Below, in pieces: positions 53,304 through 64,000 of a stretch of 64,000 nucleotides of DNA (positions within the stretch are counted from its first letter, which is position 1; the number at the start of each line of letters is the position of its first letter). This DNA is from Antedon mediterranea (taxonomy: Eukaryota; Animalia; Echinodermata), in assembly GCF_964355755.1 (NCBI RefSeq), contig NC_092674.1, positions 30,442,001-30,506,000 on the forward strand, in the 5' to 3' direction. Under the pieces are notes generated by a model. That model ran no database searches, was not told the origin of the DNA, and saw nothing but the letters and a program-made list of their open reading frames with translations. A program made the position numbers and the translations under genes.

Positions 53304-53764
53304 TTTAATGCTAAGAATTGTTTTTTAATAGAAAATCACACTGACCTGCTACAGCACCTATCAAAGGTTGAGATTAGTAGTCTATAGCATTGCACTTAAT
53401 TGTATTGTAAATATAAAACACTACAAAATAAATGTTACCAGAGGACTTACAAAACAATGTTTAGCAGTAGAAATTATGTTGGTTCGCGGGTATTGAAATG
53501 AAATAACAACAACAAAAGTTGAAAAATAGTATCAGTGTTATTATAATGACGTTATACAATATTGTACGTACAATGTATTGTATTTCAACAAAAGTGTTTA
53601 TGTTCTACATGAAACAAAAAAAAAAAACAAAAAAAATAAGCGTGGCGCAACGCAATCAAAAGCCACAGTTTCAATAATCCATCGCGTCATGATTGGTCAA
53701 AATACTTGCGTTGCGCGCTAACATCCTTGCGAATAATGGTGTTTACCGCTGTTGTAGCCATATA

Positions 53765-54105
53765 AAAACAAGGCCAACAGCCATAAGTCGCGTGCTCTCA
53801 GAAAAAAATGAACTTTCAAAAAGTAATGTACTTTAAAACTTTTCTGTACATCAAAACAGTTCAAAAAGTACAGAAAAGCGATAAAACGCATAGTGATACC
53901 GGGCCGACAGACAGACCGACCGACAGACCGACCGACCGACATAGTGAACTATTGAGTCGCGTCCACCCACGCGACTATTGTCTGTACATCAAAACAGTTC
54001 AAAAAGTACAGAAAAGCGATAAAACGCATAGTGATACCGGACCGACAGACAGACCGACAGACCGACCGACATAGTGAACTATAGAGTCGCGTCCACGCGA
54101 CTAAA
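53765..54105 (+). mobile_element. Helentron/DINE-like non-autonomous element with duplicated core (related inverted copy at ~57088-57204)
   Basis: aaacaagg start, (GACC/GACA)n microsatellite, 3' hairpin gtcgcgtccacgcgac followed by taaaaa; core duplicated at ~53843-53976 and ~53981-54102. Confidence 0.6.
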
Positions 54106-54436
54106 AACACACAATTAAGACATAAATAATATGCACGTACTGTATTGTTTTAAAATTTATTTTTTATAAACGGCTGCCGGAATTTTCACCGGCTTATTCT
54201 TATTTTTCTTCGCTGCTTTTAGCCGGTATTGGTTTTCTTCTTGCCCAATGCATTCTTAGAACTAACATTTTATTTAATACAAAGGGAATACATTAGTTAA
54301 ACTATATATGTGAACATTGGAGAAGGAAATAGTTATGCTAATACGAAAGTCAAACATCATACACATAATTATTCTAGCTAGGAAGTTAAATTACTAAAAA
54401 CATTGGGATCATTTTCCTTCATATTATGAATTCGTT

Positions 54437-57400
54437 TTACAATTCATCGCAGAGGATAAAATCACTAGTAAGTTCTGTGAAATAAAACAAATTAAAGATT
54501 ACCTATATATTGTCTTTTGTTCTTTTAATTGGATATACTAAAATTCTACATTTTACTAAAAAAAGGTGGAGAAGAAAGAAAGAATTGTTTTGAAAAACAA
54601 ATCTTGTCTCTTTTATGTAGCGCCCCTAGCGGCCACTTTATTTGTTTGAAAGAGCTCAATTAATTATGACACGCCACATGGGCAAAACTATTTAGCCTTT
54701 AATGAACAAATGTCTCATACTTACCAAAATCGCAATTTCTTCCTGTAATACAAGGTAAGCAACTACAGTGATAAGTAGAACCACGCCTACTACATGTACC
54801 ACCATTCTGACATGGGTTGGATAGACAGGGATCTACACCACTATTTCCTGTGAATACGGAATAAAATGAATTAATTACTAATATAAAGCAGTGTATAAGT
54901 GCAAGTTAGAAAGTAAATACCGGCAAGAAATAACAGTGGTTTTTAGTTATAACTCTATATTCTCGCACATTAAAAAATATTTGGTTTTTGTACCATTTAC
55001 CCTTTGGTCCTTTTGGTCCCTGTGATCCTTTTGGTCCAGGTGGTCCTTGTGGCCCTTGTTCCCCTCGAACTCCTTCTGTCCCATTTGATCCTTGAGCTCC
55101 TCCTGGTCCCTTTGGTCCTGGTGGTCCTTGTGCTCCGCGATCTCCGTCTGTCCCATTTGGTCCTGGTGGTCCTTGTTCCCCTTGAGCTCCTTCTGCCCCT
55201 TTTGGTCCTTGTGGTCCTCCTGATCCCTTTGGTCCTGGTGGTCCTTGTGCCCCTCGAGCTCCTACTGATCCCTTTGGTCCTGGTGTTCCTTGTAACCCTT
55301 GTTCCCCGCGAGCTCCTTCTAATCCTCTTGGTCCTAGTGGTCCTTGTGGTCCCATTGACCCTCTTGATCCCTTGTACCCTGGTTGTCCCGGTTGCCCATT
55401 GTCTCCGGCAGTTCCTAATAAATTGCACCAATTATGTCAATAAAATTAGTACTGTAGAAAGTTACAAACAAACAATAAAGTAAAACTAGAAGTTTTTTTT
55501 TATAGAAATAACGAAGGCTAGGGTTGGATTGCAATATAAAGACTAGGCTTAGACTTAAGCCCGACGCAATGCGCAAATGAATCATTTTGAAGCATTAAGT
55601 TTCAGTGATTCGTCTTCTGATACAATTTGGTGCCAGAATTAAGAATTTAAAAATGATATTGCGAAAAAATGTAATTGCAATAACAGGACCATAATATGTA
55701 AAACAGGTGCAATATCTATACCTGATGTGGTTTTATCCTGTCTAAATAAAATAAAATAAAAAAATAAATAATTGTCGTCGTATGGAACGCCAAGCAATAA
55801 CATATATGCCAACGTATTAGGATAAAACACATTTTTATTAATAGCCATATTATGAATTATAATCCTATACAAAATAAATAAATCGTTCAACTACTATAGT
55901 ATAATCTTATACAAAACAGAGTAAAAGTAATCACTTACCTTGGTCCCCTTTCGGGCCCTTTAGACCTATAGTAAAAATAAATGATGTTCATTTTTTTATT
56001 TTTTTTATTAAACCTTATTTAGTGAGGGTGACCCTAAACAGGTTATGCTGACAATCAAAGGGCCATTATAAAAACATTATAAAAAACATATGTGGAAAAA
56101 GAAAAACAGATGATCTATGTTAAAAAAAATATATACATAAATACAAAAATATAGCCTACAATACTATACCAGGGAAGTGTAATTTAACTCTTCCCTGACT
56201 ATACAAAACGTTGAGATTTTTCTTTTGGAATTAAATATTTTTTTAGAGCAGACTTAAAATTGTTTATTGTTACCTCATTTTTTAGTTTGGTGTGGGTATA
56301 TTCAGGTATGTTGGTGCTCTATAGATAAAGCTGTTCTTAAAATTTTCGGTTTTAGGGAAAGGTACGACAAATGTCCTCTCATTGACACTTCGGTGAATTA
56401 ATTCATTCGGTTATTAATTGATTATTGAACATATCCTAAATGTTTTTTCTGAAATGTGATTATACATTTTCTTGTCTGCTTCTTTTCTGTACTTCTCACT
56501 CACCACGTTTGCCCCTTTTCCCTGGCTTCCCTACACCAACTTCGCCTTTAATTCCAGGAGAACCAAACAATCCAGTCTCACCTTTATTACCCATATTACC
56601 TTTTAAATAAATTTTAAAAAATTATTGTCTTTGTAGTGTAATAAAATAAAATCTACAAATATTAATAAAGAATGTAATATATTATTTATCAATATTTGTA
56701 GAACATTTTATATATCAAAAATATATGTTGACCAATTTAATTCATTTGTTTGGTTAATCTAGATGTGTTGACTACTAAGTAATGTGAACAAACAATATGT
56801 TGAAGTCATGATAATTTATTACGCATATCTACCTACCCTTTTCTCCTTTACTGCCCATCGCACCATGTTGTCCGGGGATACCAGGTACACCTGAAATGTT
56901 TAAACGTTATTATTGTCACTATATTGTATGACGTCATGACATCACCACTGCACTCCGTCGTCATAAATACCTGAAATGTTATTATTGTTACTATTGTTTG
57001 AATTCATCGTCATAAACCAAATTGTACCAACACATTACTTCAATATTTCACCATCACCACACTCGTAACATTTTATTTAGTTGTGGTTTTTAGTGGCGTG
57101 CCAAGACGACTCTATAGCTCACTATGTCGGTCGGTCGGTTGGTCGGTCGGTAAACACTAACTCAAATTTGCGCACGCGACTGCAGCAAATGTATGGTCTT
57201 GTTTATCAGAGAAACATTCGCACATTATTATTAATATTATTAGTGTTATTATTATTATTATTGCTATAATTTACCCCAAATAATCTCTTTCCTCACCTGG
57301 AGCTGCCGGAATTGGGCTGTTACCCTTCGGGCCTTTTGGGCCTGGTGGTCCTGTAGGGCCTGAAACAAATAATTATAAATATAGAAAAATTTACAGAAAT

Positions 57401-60400
57401 AGCCCTAGTTGATTATGCCTCCTCCACCCAGATACTTATTATTATAATTGGCCCAATTTGAAATATTCAAAATACACATAAATGAATATTATAAATACTA
57501 CGTTAATATTCGTCGTCAAACGATTATTCAGTATTCTCGCAATTCATTTATACTTCAAGTTCAAGTTCAAGTTCAAATTTATTCACATAATGCAAACATA
57601 TACAAAATATAAAAGATACAAGTGGTTGGAAATTAAGTAAATAATAGTTGCATTATGCCTGGAGAATACCATTTAAACCCCAAGGGGCTTTAAGCCTGGA
57701 TCCACCAGAAAGAATAAAAAAGTTACATACTACACAATTCATTTATACTTACACACTACGCAATTCATTTATACTTACATACTACGCAATTCATTTATAC
57801 TTACACACTACGCAATTCATTTATACTTACACACTACGCAATTCATTTATACTTACATACTACGCAATTCATTTATACTTACACACTACGCAATTCATTT
57901 ATACTTACACACTACGCAATTCATTTATACTTACACACTACGCAATTCATTTATACTTACACACTACGCAATTCATTTATACTTACATACTACGCAATTC
58001 ATTTATACTTACACACTACGCAATTCATTTATACTTACACATTACGCAATTCATTTATACTTACATACTACGCAATTCATTTATACTTACACACTACGCA
58101 ATTCATTTATACTTACACACTACGCAATTCATTAATACTTACACACTACGCAATTCATTTATACTTACACACTACGCAATTCATTTATACTTACAAACTA
58201 CGCAATTCATTTATACTTACATACTACGCAATTCATTTATACTTACATACTACGCAATTCATTTATACATACTACGCAATTCATTTATACTTACACACTA
58301 CGCAATTCATTTATACATACTACGCAATTCATTTATACTTACACACTACGCAATTCATTTATACTTACATACTACGCAATTCATTTATACTTACACACTA
58401 CGCAATTCATTTATACTTACATACTACGCAATTCATTTATACTTACATACTACGCAATTCATTTATACATACTACGCAATTCATTTATACTTACACACTA
58501 CGCAATTCATTTATACTTACACACTACGCAATTCATTTATACTTACACACTACGCAATTCATTAATACTTACACACTACGCAATTCATTTATACTTACAG
58601 TACATACTACGCAATTCATTTATACTTACACACTACGCAATTCATTTATACTTACACACTACGCAATTCATTTATACTTACACACTACGCAATTCATTTA
58701 TACTTACACACTACGCAATTCATTTATACTTACACACTACGCAATTCATTTATACTTACACACTACGCAATTCATTTATACTTACATACTACGCAATTCA
58801 TTTATACTTACATACTACGCAATTCATTTATACTTACATACTACGCAATTCATTAATACTTACACACTACGCAATTCATTTATACTTACACACTACGCAA
58901 TTCATTTATACTTACATACTACGCAATTCATTTATACTTACACACTACGCAATTCATTAATACTTACATACTACGCAATTCATTTATACTTACATACTAC
59001 GCAATTCATTTATACTTACACACTACGCAATTCATTTATACTTACATACTACGCAATTCATTTATACTTACAGACTACGCAATTCATTTATACTTACACA
59101 CTACGCAATTCATTTATACTTACATACTACGCAATTCATTTATACTTACATACTACGCAATTCATTTATACTTACACACTACGCAATTCATTTATACTTA
59201 CATACTACGCAATTCATTTATACTTACACACTACGCAATTCATTTATACTTACACACTACACAATTCATTTATACTTACATACTACGCAATTCATTTATA
59301 CTTACACACTACGCAATTCATTTATACTTACACACTACGCAATTCATTTATACTTACACACTACGCAATTCATTTATACTTACATACTACGCAATTCATT
59401 TATACTTACACACTACGCAATTCATTTATACTTACATACTACGCAATTCATTTATACTTACACACTACGCAATTCATTTATACTTACACACTACGCAATT
59501 CATTTATACTTACACACTACGCAATTCATTTATACTTACACACTACGCAATTCATTTATACTTACATACTACGCAATTCATTTATACTTACACACTACGC
59601 AATTCATTTATACTTACACACTACGCAATTCATTTATACTTACATACTACGCAATTCATTTATACTTACACACTACGCAATTCATTTATACTTACATACT
59701 ACGCAATTCATTTATACTTACACACTACGCAATTCATTTATACTTACACACTACGCAATTCATTTATACTTCACACTACGCAATTCATTTATACTTACAC
59801 ACTACGCAATTCATTTATACTTACACACTACGCAATTCATTTATACTTACATACTACGCAATTCATTTATACTTACACACTACGCAATTCATTTATACTT
59901 ACATACTACGCAATTCATTTATACTTACACACTACGCAATTCATTTATACTTACACACTACGCAATTCATTAATACTTACATACTACGCAATTCATTTAT
60001 ACTTACACACTACGCAATTCATTTATACTTACACACTACGCAATTCATTTATACTTACACACTACGCAATTCATTTATACTTACACACTACGCAATTCAT
60101 TAATACTTACATACTACGCAATTCATTTATACTTACACACTACGCAATTCATTTATACTTACACACTACGTAATTCATTAATACTTACACACTACGCAAT
60201 TCATTTATACTTACACACTACGCAATTCATTTATACTTACACACTACGCAATTCATTTATTGTTGGTGTGTGTGTGTGTCTGTTGATCTTTTTGTGTATG
60301 TGTAGTTATATGTTTACATTTATATATATAAGTATATAATATTCTTACATGGCTTCCCAACATACAAGTTTCAATTGGATTTTTGTTTCCAATTGATCGA

Positions 60401-63079
60401 TACTTTCTTGGGTTTTTTTGCCTCTTTCATTTTGTATATAACTGAATCATCTTTTTATACATTATGATTTACTGTATTATATCTCTAAAAAAAAAAAATA
60501 TTTATTTATAAAATATCAGAAATTATAATGTTTTTTTACTCAAATATGAATGAAAGAAATAAATGTTTATTTGAATTTGAATTGAATTTGACTTACATAC
60601 TACGCAATTCATTTATACTTACATACTACGCAATTCATTTATACTTACACACTACGCAATTCATTTATACTTACATACTACGCAATTCATTTATACTTAC
60701 ACACTACGCAATTCATTTATACTTACATACTACGCAATTCATTTATACTTACATACTACGCAATTCATTTATACTTACACACTACGCAATTCATTTATAC
60801 TTACACACTACGCAATTCATTTATACTTACATACTACGCAATTCATTTATACTTACATACTACGCAATTCATTTATACTTACACACTACGCAATTCATTT
60901 ATACTTACACACTACGCAATTCATTTATACTTACACACTACGCAATTCATTTATACTTACACACTACGCAATTCATTTATACTTACACACTACGCAATTC
61001 ATTTATACTTACATACTACGCAATTCATTTATACTTACACACTACGCAATTCATTAATACTTACACACTACGCAATTCATTTATACTTACACACTACGCA
61101 ATTCATTTATACTTACATACTACGCAATTCATTTATACTTACACACTACGCAATTCATTTATACTTACATACTACGCAATTCATTTATACTTACACACTA
61201 CGCAATTCATTTATACTTACACACTACGCAATTCATTTATACTTACACACTACGCAATTCATTTATACTTACACACTACGCAATTCATTTATACTTACAC
61301 ACTACGCAATTCATTTATACTTACATACTACGCAATTCATTTATACTTACATACTACGCAATTCATTTATACTTACACACTACGCAATTCATTTATACTT
61401 ACACACTACGCAATTCATTTATACTTACACACTACGCAATTCATTAATACTTACACACTACGCAATTCATTTATACTTACACACTACGCAATTCATTTAT
61501 ACTTACACACTACGCAATTCATTTATACTTACATACTACGCAATTCATTTATACTTACACACTACGCAATTCATTAATACTTACATACTACGCAATTCAT
61601 TTATACTTACACACTACGCAATTCATTTATACTTACACACTACGCAATTCATTTATACATACATACGCAATTCATTTATACTTACACACTACGCAATTCA
61701 TTTATACTTACACACTACGCAATTCATTTATACTTACACACTACGCAATTCATTTATACTTACACACTACGCAATTCATTTATACTTACACACTACGCAA
61801 TTCATTTATACTTACACACTACGCAATTCATTAATACTTACACACTACGCAATTCATTTATACTTACACACTACGCAATTCATTTATACATACATACGCA
61901 ATTCATTTATACTTACACACTACGCAATTCATTTATACTTACATACTACGCAATTCATTTATACTTACACACTACGCAATTCATTTATACTTACACACTA
62001 CGCAATTCATTTATACTTACACACTACGCAATTCATTAATACTTACACACTACGCAATTCATTTATACTTACACACTACGCAATTCATTTATACTTACAC
62101 ACTACGCAATTCATTTATACTTGCACACTACGCAATTCATTAATACTTACATACTACGCAATTCATTTATACTTACACACTACGCAATTCATTTATACTT
62201 ACACACTACGCAATTCATTTATACATACATACGCAATTCATTTATACTTACACACTACGCAATTCATTTATACTTACACACTACGCAATTCATTTATACT
62301 TACACACTACGCAATTCATTTATACTTACACACTACGCAATTCATTTATACTTACACACTACGCAATTCATTTATACTTACACACTACGCAATTCATTAA
62401 TACTTACACACTACGCAATTCATTTATACTTACACACTACGCAATTCATTTATACATACATACGCAATTCATTTATACTTACACACTACGCAATTCATTT
62501 ATACTTACATACTACGCAATTCATTTATACTTACATACTACGCAATTTTCATTGTCGGTGTTACGTTTCACGATGTGCTGTTGAGTCTAAAAGGAAATAC
62601 ATTTGTTTGTTTTGTTTTACGTTTAAAGTATAGTATACTGTTTTATATATAGCTCAATGTTTGTATGACACAAAGCGGTAGAATGCAATCAAATTTGTAT
62701 CTCTTTTTGATTATGATTTCCTTACAGTGTTGGTATTTTACAGAAAGGTATATATGAAGATATCAATTGACGCGCGCGTACAAAGTCCGTACCATAGTAT
62801 CAAGATTTTAACGCACGCGTCAAGCGTTGTCGCCTCGTTTGTTGCGTTACAGCAACGATACAAATAAGATGGAATTATACTCACCAGGTTATTACTTATT
62901 TTCTCTTCATACACATGAACTTTTGATTTCATTTCGAGAAACAAGTATTCTTGGTTGAAGAAAATCACAGCAACCACAATAGAAATGATGACGTTGAAAA
63001 ATAGCTGTCCACGTGACGACGACGAAACATTACGATTGGTTGTTTCACCAAGAATCCCGTACTCTTTCTCTGTTGACAT
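54437..63079 (-). CDS. Type II transmembrane collagen with C-terminal EGF-like domain. Exons: 62885-63079, 62535-62586, 57297-57359, 56837-56890, 56504-56599, 55940-55965, 55001-55413, 54725-54847, 54437-54474
   Basis: MSTEKEY...LFFNVIISIVVAVIFF (TM) | TQQHIVKRNTDNENCVVC|PTGPPGPKGPKG, then long Gly-X-Y exons joined in phase 1, then DPCLSNPCQNGGTCSRRGSTYHCSCLPCITGRNCDF (EGF) | ELTSDFILCDEL*. All junctions GT-AG. Confidence 0.8.
56170..56197. mobile_element. 28-bp palindrome with perfect 7-bp target duplication; candidate P-superfamily footprint
   Basis: actatac|CAGGGAAGTGTAATTTAACTCTTCCCTG|actatac. Confidence 0.7.
57555..57722 (-). mobile_element. Retroposon 3' end with (TTGAAC)n tail inserted in the outermost 26-bp satellite unit
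   Basis: The minus strand reads AATAAATTTGAAC(TTGAAC)n; the satellite monomer is split on either side. Confidence 0.55.
57723..62547. repeat. 26-bp satellite (acttacacactacgcaattcatttat) x ~170 filling a collagen-gene intron
   Basis: Direct tandem copies; the 26-aa periodicity of the spurious ORFs equals three 26-bp units; interrupted at 60261-60590. Confidence 0.98.
60261..60590 (+). mobile_element. Retroposon 3' end inserted into the satellite without TSD
   Basis: The monomer ttcatttat|acttac is split exactly; the insert ends AATAAATGTTTATTTGAATTTGAATTGAATTTG. Confidence 0.85.
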
Positions 63080-63937
63080 CCTACTTTAAGAAAATATCAA
63101 CATGTTCACAAAATTTTAAAATCACAATTTAAAGATATATTGTCCCCACAATGAAAATGAAGGTTAATAAATCAGACTTTGAATAGGCAAATTTTGCAGT
63201 TTTAATATTTAAATTGATTAACTTCCGTAGCAATTTTAATAAAGTTATTAAAAAGAAATAAAACAAAAATAATAATTTTACTTTAAAAAAATATAATAAA
63301 CGTAAAATGTATCTAAAACCCCAGACACACATTTTTGCCATTTTATGCCTTATGAATGAATAACCATTATTTGGTATTAAAAAATAATACTTTTGGATAG
63401 ATATTCTCTGACTATGGTAGGCCTAGCTTACCTTGTTATTTGCCAACCAATTACCATGTAGTAGGCCTAGTACCAAGATTCCTGATACACGGTACGGTAT
63501 ATCAATATTGACGGAAACGAAGATCCAGCGGCCGCTTTCAGTAATTTAATAATCCTTTTGGATAGATATTCTCTAACTAAGGAGGCCTAACTTACCTTGT
63601 TATTCTAGTACACCAGTATGTTCTCATCTATCTAAGGTAACCTACTATGAACGTACAGAACCTATCATTGTCTTTTTTGGTATACTCCACTTGACTACCT
63701 GTCAGTCAGAGTTTGTGAATCTTTAGTCGACATAAATTAATTTGTAAATATATTCATTAAGTCTGGAATTTCTATTTTAGTGCCTGACGTATTCTCCCAT
63801 GTACTGCTTCATTCTTCTGTTTAACTCTCCTCATTTTATCATGTAGTGACAACCATTTTCCTTCATGCTTTTTTCCTTAGTACGATGTATTATGACATGT
63901 TTCCCATTCGAATGAAAGTTCGTACGTGCTGGTATAT

Positions 63938-64000
63938 AATTCAATTCAATTCAATTCAAATAAACATTTATTTCTTTCATTCATATTTGAGTAAAAAACA
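63938..64000 (-). mobile_element. Third copy of the (TTGAA)n-tailed retroposon, continuing beyond the window
   Basis: caaataaacatttatttctttcattcatatttgagtaaaaaaca, essentially identical to 52734-52779. Confidence 0.8.

Noticed and set aside
54947-55483. Overlapping ORFs in other frames and strand over the collagen exon
   Set aside because: Shadows of Gly-X-Y codon periodicity.
55722-55741. Possible micro-exon in the collagen gene
   Set aside because: Candidate lengths (16 or 20 nt) break the phase-1 Gly-X-Y frame.
57648-62633. Long Tyr/Thr/His-rich ORFs (305, 349, 170 aa)
   Set aside because: Translations of the 26-bp satellite, antisense to the host gene.
1-64000. tRNA, rRNA, snRNA or ribozyme genes
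   Set aside because: None recognised by eye; the ATACTTAC matches are splice-donor complements, not U1 genes. A covariance-model search would be needed to exclude them.

Overview
AT-rich, intron-rich animal (invertebrate-like) genomic DNA, so most entries in the ORF track are single exons or repeat artefacts. Four spliced host genes can be built by hand. (1) VWA3B on the minus strand (ATG 16291), running off the window start. (2) A ZDHHC2/15/20-family palmitoyltransferase on the plus strand (25909-40944). (3) A CNBD2-like gene with two cNMP-binding domains on the minus strand (44438-51823). (4) A type II transmembrane collagen with a C-terminal EGF domain on the minus strand (54437-63079). 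Most remaining sequence is transposon-derived: a decayed AcademX element, a Mutator-like foldback, Harbinger/Tc1/hAT/Helentron-type MITEs, LINE 3' ends and several satellites. The most unusual observations are: (a) a ~4.8-kb, 26-bp satellite whose monomer is the collagen gene's own exon end and 5' splice site, about 170 tandem donors, all downstream of an in-frame stop except the first; (b) a ~9-kb nested foldback structure with 48-bp terminal inverted repeats and a 7-bp target duplication in the head-to-head promoter of VWA3B and ZDHHC; (c) three 25-35-bp palindromes with 7-bp target duplications, one exactly 17+1+17 nt, resembling P-element excision footprints; (d) mutually exclusive TM4 exons in the DHHC enzyme. 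All calls come from manual reading. No alignments or database searches were run, and repeat boundaries are approximate.
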